From positions 1 through 64,000 of the IMG/VR virus record IMGVR_UViG_3300031867_000032: DNA of 64,000 nt. The stretch is one strand, 5' to 3'. This stretch comes from a virus (taxonomy: Duplodnaviria; Caudoviricetes). Positions 48,987 through 59,479 of this stretch are shown here, piece by piece. The notes under the pieces are model-generated. The model ran no database searches, had not been told where the DNA came from, and worked only from the letters and a program-made list of their open reading frames with translations. Position numbers and translations under genes: made by a program. The stretch's first letter is position 1. The number at the start of each line of letters is the position of its first letter.

Positions 48987-49523
48987 ATGAGTGAATTAAA
49001 TAATTTATTATCATCCTACCCTCTATCAGAATTATTAATATTGGTTGTGGGTATACTTGCCGCAGGAAAAGTTGTTTGATCTTTAGTGGAATATTGATTA
49101 GGAAAAATTGATATTCGTGTTGGCGAAAAATATAAACGCGAAGAACGTTGAAATAATCTTGATAAAAAGATAGATGAACTAACACATAATCTTGACAAAC
49201 ATATAGATAGTCTTGCGGAAAAAGTAGATGGACTTAAAGTTCAAAACGATCAAACTCATGAGCATCAAATACAATTAGATAAATCTTTAGCTCTTGTCCA
49301 AGAACGACTCCAAGAGACTTCAAGAAGTTATTTAATTGACGCTCACCATAAATTTTGTTATGAGTATGGACAGATTGATGATTTAAGTCTACAATCAATA
49401 GAAAGACGTTATTTATATTATAAAACTGCGGGCGGTGATACTTTCATTGATCATTTAATGGAAGAAATCAGAGAGTTACGCCGAGTTGGCTATTATGAAA
49501 AACCGTCGCTAGATAATGAATAG
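48987..49523 (+). CDS. Membrane-anchored coiled-coil protein (holin/haemolysin-like accessory), 178 aa
   Basis: One N-terminal hydrophobic helix, coiled coil, C-terminal YKTAGGDTFIDHLMEEI; three TGA. Confidence 0.5.
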
Positions 49524-49539
49524 AGGGGAGGATATCAGG

Positions 49540-50589
49540 ATGGCTAATGAGCTAAAGGCAACAGTAATTAATATGAAAACCCTTAGCCAAGATATTACAG
49601 ACCCTGTAGTAGTTGGCGCCGGTGAAGGTGCGGGGCGTGCTTTGCGTATTATCTTTACGCAAGAAGCTGCCGCGCAATTCACAGAAAATACTAAAGTTTA
49701 TCTCTCTTGGCATCACCAAGAGATGGATATTAAAGGTTACAACGTTTTTACAGAAATTAAAAATGAGGATGATGAGGATTGACCTCCTACTTGAGAAATC
49801 AAATATCCTAAGTCAATGTTATATGAAGGTAATGTTGTAGCTTGTATTCAAATCGTAGATAATGTTAGTATTTCTACATCAGTTAATTTTACAATTCATG
49901 TATTAATTGATCCAAATGATGGTTCTAAGTTTACAGCAACAGATGATTTTACTGAGTTCCAAAAAGCAGTTATTAGTTTAGCAACCGCGGAAACCGAAGC
50001 TCGAGAACAAATGGAAGAGCAGGCTGCTCAATTTGAAGAAATGCAAATTGAATTTAATAATGTGAAAGAACTTGCAAAAAATGCTCAGAATATTTCACAA
50101 GCTGCGCAAGAAATTGCAGAAGCCGCACTTGCCACTTCTAATGAAGCTCTTGAAACAATTGTGGATTTCACATCCCTAGCAAAAGAAATCCAAACTAAAG
50201 AGCAAGAAAATTCAACTAAAATTGAAGAACTTGAAGAAACTGTTTCTGATGCTTTAAACCGTACTGAAGCAATCACAGAAAATGTCGCTGATGTAGCAGC
50301 CGCAGTTAGAGAGGTGGCCGCCAAAATTGGTGATATTAAATGTGAATGCGGATTAAAAGAAGAAGAAGTAGTTGAGTTAATTGAACAAGAATTAGCTAAT
50401 TATATTTCTCAAGATGATTTAGCTAACTATGCTACGATCGAACAATTAGCTAACTATGTTACACAGGATCAAGTTAAAGACTTTGCTACTCTTGGAGAAG
50501 TTGATGAAAAATTAAGTGTAGCAGTCGAAGAAGCTCAAGGTGAACATCAAGCCATTTGAGATGCGCTACAATTTTCAGAGGAGGATTAA
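49540..50589 (+). CDS. BppU-like baseplate upper/fibre-attachment protein with coiled coil, 349 aa
   Basis: Beta-rich N-terminal domain ending DDFTEFQKAV, then a long heptad-rich stalk; TGA=Trp joins the fragments. Confidence 0.55.
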
Positions 50590-50594
50590 GTTTT

Positions 50595-51017
50595 ATGGCT
50601 CAGATGAAGTTAGTTTATACAACTGCAGCAAAATTAAATTCTCTTTCAGTTGTAGATGGACAAATTATTTATTTAGCAGATGAAAATCAAATCTGTTTAG
50701 ATATGAAAGGTAAGCGTTTAACTTACCGTTCAATTAAAACTTTTGATACAGATGCAGAACGTCTTGCCACTCAGCCTATTCCTAAAACATTTTATTTTGT
50801 TTTTGAAACAAATGTTATGTGGCAGTACAATAATGGATGACAACAAATTACTGCTTCTGGATTAACTCCTATTTTACATTTCGATACAGAAGATGACCTC
50901 CCCGAAATAGGTGAAGTTGATAAACTGTATTACACAGATAGTGGTATTTATAACTGGCGAGAGTCAGATAATAAATATAATCTAATTGCAAATGCAAATA
51001 GATGAGGTTCTATTTAA
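50595..51017 (+). CDS. Fibre-module protein, 140 aa
   Basis: GGAGG RBS; two TGA; ends NRWGSI. Confidence 0.6.
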
Positions 51018-51038
51018 TGCAAAGGAAAGGAAGATTGC

Positions 51039-52613
51039 ATGGCTAATAATTTAGTTAAGTTTGTTTACGTTCCTGGTACCGTTACTGCGGAACAAATTGC
51101 AGCTTTTGATGCCAACACAGTCTATTTTATTGCTGGTTCTCACCAAATTTATAAGGGCTCTGTCCTTTATGATGGTGGTTCTTCAACTGCTGCTGCAGAT
51201 CTAGCTCTACTTCGTGAGCAGATTGGCTCCTTACCTGTAAGCCAAGAGTACACCGATCTTATTGACTATATCGATAAGCAGATTGCGGCTGGCGATACTG
51301 CTAATTCCGCAGAAGTAACTGCTCTTGATAATAGTCTTGCGGCCGTTGCTAAGAGTGGTGCAGCTGAGGATGTTTCCGTAGAAGATGCTAACGGTCACTT
51401 TACCGCAACCGATGTTGAAGGTGCCCTAGAAGAGCTTTATACTGCTATTGGTACTGGTGGAACAAATGCTGCTGTTACTGTTACTAAGACTATTGGTGGA
51501 GCAAACGATAGCTTCATTTCTAAGTATACCTTTAGTCAAGGTGGAACTCCTATCGCTAATGGTGAAATTGAGATTGGTAAAGACTTAGTTGCTACCAATG
51601 GCGAATTAGTTGAGGAAGATGGCAATGGTAATTCTGGTACATTTATTAAGATGACCATTGCAAATGGTACTCCATTCTATATTAACGTTGCTGATCTAAT
51701 TGAGTATAACTCTGTTGAGTCTACTAATGAAATTACACTAACAGACACCAATCATAAAATTACTGCTACCGTTGGTGAGATCGCAGCTTCTAAGATTATT
51801 TATCAGGCCGCAGAAGGTGCAACTCCTGCTAAGACAGTTGCTCAGGCTATCAATGCTTTAGAGTCTGCTGTTGGTAGTGGTGGTAGCGTTGATCAGAAGA
51901 TCGCAGATGCTATTGCTGGACTTGATTCTAGTGCAACTGCTACAGCTGGTTCTGCTCTAACTAGCGTTACTGTTACTGACGGTAAGATTACTGGTTCTAC
52001 TGAAGTTGCTCTTACCGCGGACAATATTACTTATGGTTCTGGTACCGCTAAGGCTGCTCTTGATACCATTGGTACAATTCCTGCTACTTCTGCCGCAACT
52101 ACTGTTGTTGGTTACATCGACGAGAAAGTTGGTGCTGGTGTAAGTGCTCTTGATGCAGATGTTGATGCTGCTCTTGGTGCTGGCGATACCGATGCAGAAG
52201 CTATTGCTGTTGTAACTGGTGTTACTGAGGTTGACGGTGTCATCACCGGTGTTGACAGTGCTGCCGCAGACGCCGCTGGTGCTGCTACTCGTGCCAAGGC
52301 CGCCGTTATTGGTCAAGCTGGCGATCTTGCTACTGCTGATACCATTCATGGTGCTAAGCAGTATGCAGATGATGCTGTTGCCGCAGCCCTGTCTGATGTT
52401 AATGATGACATTGCCGCTCTTGATGCTGACCTTGACGCATCTGGTACTGCACAGCATGCCGGCGTATTTGTCATGTCTGGTGTAACTCAGGTTGATGGTA
52501 AGATTACTGCAGTTGATAGCGTTGAAGTTGATCCTGCTGGTGCTGCCGCAACCGCAGAGCAAAATGCTAAAGATTACACCGATGCTGCTCTTACTTGGGG
52601 AAGCCTTGCTTAA
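51039..52613 (+). CDS. Abundant Ala/Gly/Thr-rich fibre or shaft protein, 524 aa
   Basis: Intact ORF, no TGA, capsid-like codon bias; internal repeats (V/M)(T/S)GVT(E/Q)VDG(V/K)IT; ends LTWGSLA. Confidence 0.6.
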   Translation: MANNLVKFVYVPGTVTAEQIAAFDANTVYFIAGSHQIYKGSVLYDGGSSTAAADLALLREQIGSLPVSQEYTDLIDYIDKQIAAGDTANSAEVTALDNSLAAVAKSGAAEDVSVEDANGHFTATDVEGALEELYTAIGTGGTNAAVTVTKTIGGANDSFISKYTFSQGGTPIANGEIEIGKDLVATNGELVEEDGNGNSGTFIKMTIANGTPFYINVADLIEYNSVESTNEITLTDTNHKITATVGEIAASKIIYQAAEGATPAKTVAQAINALESAVGSGGSVDQKIADAIAGLDSSATATAGSALTSVTVTDGKITGSTEVALTADNITYGSGTAKAALDTIGTIPATSAATTVVGYIDEKVGAGVSALDADVDAALGAGDTDAEAIAVVTGVTEVDGVITGVDSAAADAAGAATRAKAAVIGQAGDLATADTIHGAKQYADDAVAAALSDVNDDIAALDADLDASGTAQHAGVFVMSGVTQVDGKITAVDSVEVDPAGAAATAEQNAKDYTDAALTWGSLA

Positions 52614-52634
52614 TTAATTTTCATTGTAAAACAT

Positions 52635-52666
52635 AAGAGGGGAATTTAATTCCCCTCTTTCTTTTC
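52635..52666 (+). terminator. Intrinsic terminator
   Basis: AAGAGGGGAAT-TTA-ATTCCCCTCTT followed by a T-rich run. Confidence 0.8.
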
Positions 52667-52685
52667 GTGTCTAAAGGAGGGCCGC

Positions 52686-53198
52686 ATGGCTGGAAAAGTT
52701 AGATTTTATCGTGGAGAGCAAGGGACCTCCTTACCTGCAACTCGCCAAAATGGAGCTATATTTATTATAGAACGCTTTGGTTCTGATAGTAATGGATATA
52801 GCGTTGGCGATATGTATGTTGATATGGACAATGGAAACCGACTTCATATAATCCCCGATAAAGAGATAATAAAATATAATAGTTCTACAATGAGTAATGT
52901 TATATCTCAAAAAGGACAAACATATATCTTTCAAGAAGAAAATCCTCAAAAAATTGGTATAGCTGTTGGAGATGGAAGCAGTTATATTGGCGATTTACCT
53001 GTTTGAGGATATGAAGTAAAAGAAAAAATTAAACAAGCAATAAAACAAAAAGTTAACGCTTATTTAGGGACTGAATACCTCGGTTTAGGTTCTGAAAAAT
53101 TGACAGCTGATACTATAGATATAAGTCAGTTAAATAAAGATCCAGAAGGCCCAGCTGAGACCTTAGTCCTTACTCGAGAATTGTGATTAGATTTTTAA
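52686..53198 (+). CDS. Fibre-module protein, 170 aa
   Basis: AAAGGAGG RBS; two TGA; ends ELWLDF. Confidence 0.6.
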
Positions 53199-53221
53199 AG
53201 AGAGGAAGGTGAAGTCCTTAA

Positions 53222-54877
53222 ATGGCCGATATTTCTAAGATTACGTTACCTAATGGTAATACTTATGATATCAAAGACTCAGTAGCTCGTTCATCTATTG
53301 AAGCTATGCTTGGTGGAGATGCTATTACTTTTGGTGGAGTAACTACGACAGATCTTACTGACGGTGGTACTCAGAAGCCTACTGTCGATGGCACTCAAGT
53401 AACTCCCGTTAAAGGACAGCTATTCTTTAAAGGAACTAAAGAGTTCTTATGGGATGGTGCAAAGTGAATTGAACTTGGTACCTTAGATGCATTAGGAGAT
53501 TTAGCTTATAAAGATAGTATCTCTTACGATAAAACTACTAGTGCAACATATGCAAGCACTAATTCTAGTAAAACTGTAAATGTTTCTGGTTCAAGTGCTG
53601 CTGTTACAATTACTGCAACCGCAAACACTAATGGTAATTATACTCCTGCGGGAACTGTTTCTCAGCCTACTTTTAGTAATGGTACAGTAGAAGCAAGTGG
53701 GTCTTATACCCCAGCTGGTACAGTTAGCGTTAGCACTAAGAGTACAAGCAATAAGACTGCTACAGTTTCTCCTGCATCTAGCGGAACTGCGACATACACT
53801 CCTGCTGGTACAATTTCTGCTCCTACTTTTAGTGATGGTGCAGTTGAAGCAAGTGGTTCTTATACTCCTGCTGGCACAGTTGCCGCACCCACATTTACAG
53901 GTACGGGTGTCCGTTTAGTAACTGGCAATATTCCAGTTCCTACCTCTGCAAGCTTTACTGGTACTGCTGCAACAATTGATGTTACTGGTACTGCCACAGG
54001 TACAGTTTCTAAACCTACATTCACAGGCACAAAAGCTACTGGTTTAACTGTAAGTGCAGCTTCTACCGGAACTGCTACTTACACTCCTGCAGGAACTGTT
54101 TCAGCTCCTACTATTTCAGTTGGAACTGCTGGTTCTACAACTACAATTAAAAATCCAACAGCAGTAAGTGTTGTTAATGCATTAGCCGCAGCCGCACCTG
54201 GAGCAACTGCTCCTGCAAATGCAATTACTTATTATAGTGTTGCAGATGAAACATTAAGTTTATATCAAATTGGTGCAACAAAAACTAATTCAATTACAAC
54301 TTCTAATGTTACAGTTAAGACTGGCGATGCTGCATATACTGCAAGTGCTCCTACCTTTACTGGTACTGGAAAACGCCTTGTCTTACAAGACTACACACCT
54401 GCGGGTACAGTATCTCAGCCCACATTCTCTAATGGTGCAATTGATGGTACTGCTTCCTACACTCCTGCTGGTACAATCGGTCTTACTAATAGCAATAAGA
54501 CCACTACCGTTTCTGCTGCTACAAGCGGTGAAGCTACTTACACTCCTGCTGGTACAAACAGCGCACCTGCATTCACTGGTACCGCTAAGAGCGTTAGTGT
54601 TACTGGTACTGCAACTGGTACAGTTTCCGCACCTACCTTCACTGGTACTGGTGTTCGTCTCGTTACCGGCAATATCGCTGTGCCTAGTGCTTATACTGCA
54701 ACATTTACTGGTACCGCAGCTACAATCGATGTTGAAGGTACCGCTACAGGTACGGTATCTCAGCCTACCTTTACAGGAACTAAGGTTCAACTTGCGGGCA
54801 CTACAACTGCCGCAGGCACAGTTACCTTACCTAACATCACTCTTGGACATACTAGCACTACTGCTACAGCATCTTAA
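53222..54877 (+). CDS. Thr/Ala/Gly-rich repetitive fibre protein, 551 aa
   Basis: One TGA near the N-terminus; many YTPAGTV(S/A)xPTF(T/S)G repeats and two GTGVRLVTGNI(P/A)VP units. Confidence 0.7.
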
Positions 54878-54890
54878 TTTAAGAAGCTCT

Positions 54891-54930
54891 AAAGGGCAAC
54901 TTTGTGCAAATACAGAGTTGCCCTTTTTAT
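54891..54930 (+). terminator. Intrinsic terminator
   Basis: AAAGGGCAACTTTGT/ACAGAGTTGCCCTTT stem followed by a T-tract. Confidence 0.8.
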
Positions 54931-54970
54931 TTTATATGAAATACAATGAATAAAACTTAGGAGGGCGTAA

Positions 54971-55738
54971 ATGGCACAAATTTCTAACATTACGCTGCCC
55001 AATGGAAATAATTATGATTTAAAAGGCAGCATGTATACCGTTATTGGTACTCAGACTGCTAATACGGCAAGCTGAACTGGAGTTTTAGATACAATAGACG
55101 CCCTTTATGATGGCTTAACAATTGCATACTATCTTCCTCGGACGTCTGCAAGTAATGTTACTTTAAATTTAACTTTAAAAGGTAATGTTACTACAGGTGC
55201 AATTCCTGTTTATTATAAAACAAATACTCGCTTGGGTACTCACTATGCCGCAGGTGATATGGTTATTTTAACTTATTGAGGGGCTAATTCTATTAATGTT
55301 AGTGGTACAGTTAGAACTTCTGCAAGTTGAATTGCTCATGGCCAATATGTAGATGGTAATTCAAATACAGTCCCCGCAGTTTACATTGGTACTGCTGCAG
55401 CAACAGCTGCAAAAGTAGGCACTCTTACTGCGGCAAGCTGATCTGGACTTACTGGTAGTCGATATGCTTTTGTTGACAATCATTATGATAATACCTATAA
55501 TGGAGCAATTACTTTAAATGTAAATAGCCAAGGGGCTAAACCAGTTTATATTAATGGAAAAGCATCTAGTTCATCTAATAAAACTTTACCAAGAGGAACC
55601 TATATTGCTTATTATGATGGTACTAATTGGTATTTTAATACAGATGGTAGCATTCCTGGCCCAAGTGGAGAAGAAGTAATTATTTCTGAATCAAGTTCAG
55701 ATCCCGGTCCATATCATAAAATTTGAATAGAAATTTAG
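54971..55738 (+). CDS. Tail fibre/adhesin-type protein, 255 aa
   Basis: GGAGG RBS; TLNVNSQGAKPVY fibre motif; several TGA; missed by the track; ends KIWIEI. Confidence 0.65.
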
Positions 55739-55767
55739 TTGACTTTTTCTTAGTTTTATGATATAAT
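55739..55767 (+). promoter_or_regulatory. Sigma70/SigA-type promoter
   Basis: TTGACT-17 nt-TATAAT with extended -10 TG. Confidence 0.75.
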
Positions 55768-55814
55768 TTATATAAGAAATTTAATTTGAAAAATCTCTCT
55801 AGGAAAGGAGAATC

Positions 55815-56387
55815 ATGGCTTCACCAGCTACACCTTATAGCCCGCAGGGCAGTTTAGCCTTGCCTAGAGTTCATATACCTACATGATATGGTTCACTTGA
55901 AAGTTCTAGTAATGGAGATGCAAGACTTAATTTAAACGTCATTACTCAAATTACTCCTACTGTTGCTGCAAGTGGAACTGATAATCTTATAGAAGATTCT
56001 ACTGATTATATTATGACTATTGCAAATGGAACAAATATTTCTAATACAGAGTCCCGCAAGCATAATAGGATTACAATTGGTAGTACGGTACCTTCTCTTG
56101 GAACAATAGAAGCATATAGCGATGATAGTGAAATTTTATTGTCTAATGCTAAATCTGCACATGTTTTGTTTTTAGAACATGCTGTAGTTAAATCTTTTAA
56201 TTTTAAAATCCCACACAATCATGTAATTGATCGAATTGAGAAATGATATAGAGCTGAAAATGGGACTTCTAATCAAACGTTAAGTACCGTATCAGGGAAT
56301 TTATTAATAATACATGGGACAAATGAAAATGATGCCACAGTATTACAAAATACTGAGGTTTTGAATTTAGTTGAAGGAGGTCATTAA
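55815..56387 (+). CDS. Hypothetical protein, 190 aa
   Basis: AAAGGAG RBS; two TGA; includes track ORF 56013. Confidence 0.6.
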
Positions 56388-56388
56388 T

Positions 56389-56808
56389 ATGGCTAATATT
56401 TCTCAAGTTCAAGTTGGTGGGACCACATATGATATTTGCGATGGTATAGCACGGGATTCAATATCCTCTTTTCAAATAATAATGGTAGCAAATAAAAATA
56501 GTTTTTCTATAAATGCAAATGAATCATTTATATATTCATATTCGCTAGATAATTTAAATTTTGATTCTTCATATTTTATTATGAGCCTTATGGGTATAGT
56601 TAATAATCATCCAGATGAGACAACAATTGTTGGATGAGGTGTGAATTTAGTTACTAGACGCGTTGTACATATAGATATTAGAAATATGTATTCTAATTCT
56701 TTTACATTTGGAGCACAAAATTTAATAGTTCATTTATTAATTTCTAATAATAACCTGTTCAAACCAAGTCAAGATACAACTGTTTACTCTGTTGCAAATG
56801 ACGGATAA
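56389..56808 (+). CDS. Small adhesin-cassette protein, 139 aa
   Basis: GGAGG RBS; N-terminus MANISQVQVGGTTYDICDGIAR shared with paralogues. Confidence 0.6.
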
Positions 56809-56998
56809 TTTCTTAAATAAATACCTATGTTATTTTAGTACAAAAATTATTAGAGGATACTAAATTTTAATATTCAGAATACTTTTAAATTTAGTATCCT
56901 CTTAAATTAATTTTATATAATGGCATTAAAAACTTTCAATACTATTATATAAAATTAATTTGTCTACTATATAAGCCTTTGATTAGAAAGGAAAATAA

Positions 56999-57694
56999 AT
57001 GGCAAATCCAACAATTTCTCAAATTACAATAGGCAGTAATACTTATGATGTTTGTGATGCTACTGCCCGAAATTTGGCCACTCCTAAATTACTTTTTATA
57101 AACCTCGATTGATGTCATCGAAGTCAATTAAGTCATACATATTGATGTGGAAATCAATTAATTAAAGAAGGTAACTGACGCGGAAAATTATGACTCTTTT
57201 TTCAAGGACACGTTGATTTTAATGATGTAAATGGAAATGGCACCACTGAAACATGAGGTCAAATTCATGCTTTTATTAGTCATAGTAAGGGCCCTGCTGG
57301 AAATAACTATCATATTTTTCCAAATACACACGTTAGCAGTGATGACATAACTGAAGCTCCATACGTCGAATGATCATCTCAAAGAATAACTGTTCCAAAA
57401 AGTACAGGAGCATATCCAGCATTGCGTTTACAGACTGAATCTGTTTCTATTTATTCAAATCAAACTAATTTTTCATCTAGAATGACCACTTGTGCGTATG
57501 CCGCTTCTGGCGGAACCCGTGTATGAAGTATAAGTTATCATTCTAATGCTACTTTCTTCTATTTTCCTGCAAGTATTGAAGATAACACCACTATATCTCA
57601 AGGAGCAACTACAATAAGTAGCTCTGCTTCAGAAGATGGTTCTAATGGCAATCCAGAAACTAATTTAGTCCATTTTATAGCTAGTTATTCATAA
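56999..57694 (+). CDS. Adhesin-cassette protein, 231 aa
   Basis: AGAAAGG RBS; N-terminus MANPTISQITIGSNTYDVCDATAR; multiple TGA; missed by the track. Confidence 0.6.
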
Positions 57695-57827
57695 TAAGAG
57701 GGTATTTTCTATTTAATTAAATAAATAAAATTTTATCTATTTTAGATTGAAAGAATTAAATCTTCATTAAAATTTAATCTGAAATAAAAACCTTTTTTAA
57801 AAATAGTATGAAAGAAGGTGTTGCTCT

Positions 57828-58076
57828 ATGGATATATCTCCTTATCTAGGAACTATTATATCAGTAATTATTACTGCTGGAGCAACATATGCGGCTTTTG
57901 CTTCAAGACTTGCTCGCATTGAAACTCTTTTAGATAAATTAGAAAAAGGTATTGATCGAGATAATACTCAAGTTATATCAATAGTCGAAAGGACATATAA
58001 ATTAGAAAGTGATACTAAAACTATGTGAAATCGCATTGATGAATTAAGACTTGATTTAAAACAAATTAGAAATTAA
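57828..58076 (+). CDS. Single-TM coiled-coil protein (holin/XhlA-like), 82 aa
   Basis: Hydrophobic N-terminal helix followed by RLARIETLLDKLE coiled coil; one TGA. Confidence 0.5.
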
Positions 58077-58090
58077 GAAAGGAGTAAAGC

Positions 58091-58930
58091 ATGGATGAAG
58101 AAATTCTAACCCCTTCTGAAGAAGAAATCACTCCTTCTGAGGAAGAAACCGTTCCTTCTAATGAAGAAACTGTTCCTACCGAAGAAGAAACTCCTGTTGA
58201 TGAAACTCCAACAGAAGAAGAAAATGTCCCTGCGGAAGGTGAGTCAGAGGAAGACTATGTTGAACCTCCTTATTACGCAGGATACCGAATTTTTGCTGAA
58301 AATGGTCGCGAAATTACAGATCCAGATTTAACTTTAGGTTATCTTGTAAAAGATCATTTAACTATTAACCATCCCGCAATTCCAGCAAAATATCATTATA
58401 AAGTTCGACATGTAACTTTAACCGATGGAACAGATTTTTATCCAGAGGATAATGATCCCCGCATCAACATGCCAGATAATCAGGTTCCTAGTTGGAGTTA
58501 TGTTGCTCCCGAACCGGAATCTATTATCGAACAATACGTTGATGAAGATGGTCAAATTCAAGATCGAGTAATAACTATACCTGCTCCAACAGTAAAGAAT
58601 GCTTCTGTTGCTTATATCATTGACGCTCCTGCTGTTGAAGCTTATGATGAAATTGAAACAATTTATCATTATATTCTTTATACAGAAAAAGAATTAGCTA
58701 ATAATGCTTTCTTAGCAGAAGGCCCTGTTCGCTTAGATGGCGCAGAAGAGTCTATTAATGATATTACTGAAGTTGTAGCTGACCTTGCAGGTAGCGATAT
58801 TGAAGATCGCGTTGATAATGCAGAAGAACGTCTTACTACAAATAAAGAAGCTTTAGATGAACTTCTATTAGTAGTAGCTGATATTCTTGGTGGCGCGACC
58901 GAAGAAGAAGAAGAAGAAGAACCAGTTTAA
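58091..58930 (+). CDS. Acidic tail-fibre-assembly-like (XkdW-like) protein, 279 aa
   Basis: N-terminal EE(I/T)(T/V)P(S/T) repeats; C-terminal ESINDITEVVADL helix; followed by a small XkdX-like gene. Confidence 0.45.
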   Translation: MDEEILTPSEEEITPSEEETVPSNEETVPTEEETPVDETPTEEENVPAEGESEEDYVEPPYYAGYRIFAENGREITDPDLTLGYLVKDHLTINHPAIPAKYHYKVRHVTLTDGTDFYPEDNDPRINMPDNQVPSWSYVAPEPESIIEQYVDEDGQIQDRVITIPAPTVKNASVAYIIDAPAVEAYDEIETIYHYILYTEKELANNAFLAEGPVRLDGAEESINDITEVVADLAGSDIEDRVDNAEERLTTNKEALDELLLVVADILGGATEEEEEEEPV

Positions 58931-58950
58931 AGGAAAGGTAGGTAATTATT

Positions 58951-59118
58951 ATGGTTACACGTAGTGCTTATAAAATTATCAAACGTGCTGTTATCCTTCG
59001 CATTAATCGTGGCGAGGATCCTATTGAGGTAATCGATTCTTATCCTAAGCTTTCTGACACTCAGCGTGCACAGATGCTAGTCGAGCTTCAGGAAGAGGGC
59101 ATTATTGCCGGTGAGTAA
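58951..59118 (+). CDS. Small XkdX-like protein, 55 aa
   Basis: AGGT RBS; MVTRSAYKIIKRAVILRINRGED...; typical position before holin. Confidence 0.5.
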   Translation: MVTRSAYKIIKRAVILRINRGEDPIEVIDSYPKLSDTQRAQMLVELQEEGIIAGE

Positions 59119-59120
59119 TT

Positions 59121-59477
59121 ATGGATTTATCCGCAGTAACTAGCTATATCTCTCCTATCATTTTAATAGCATGCTTAGGAGTTGGATATACACTTCATAC
59201 TTTAAATAATAAAATATTAAATAGTTTTATTCCTGTTATTTCTGCTTCTCTTGGAATAACTGCCGCTGTTTGAAGTCTTGGAATGTTTGACCTTCCCACT
59301 ATCGTAACTGGTATGATTAGTGGACTTGCGGCGACTGGTATGTATGAAGCCTTTAAAAATATTTTAGGTTTACCGCAAACATATGCGGCTGCTATGGCAT
59401 TACCAGAAATTCCTTACGGAGAAGTCTTAGAAGATACTGATGATTCTCCTCGTGGAGAACACTTCGCAAAGGAGTAA
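59121..59477 (+). CDS. Holin, 118 aa
   Basis: Three hydrophobic segments, GMISGLAATGMYEAFK holin motif, directly upstream of the endolysin; one TGA. Confidence 0.8.
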
Positions 59478-59479
59478 AT

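Noticed and set aside
53620-54870. Repeats in the Thr-rich fibre gene as a DGR template/variable pair or CRISPR array
   Set aside because: Units differ mostly at synonymous positions and encode protein repeats; no adenine-specific variation, no reverse transcriptase, no spacer structure
6652-54953. Many antisense and alternate-frame ORFs in the track (for example 7610-7969, 51957-52562, 54270-54953)
   Set aside because: They are shadows of codon-biased or repetitive real genes, with no RBS
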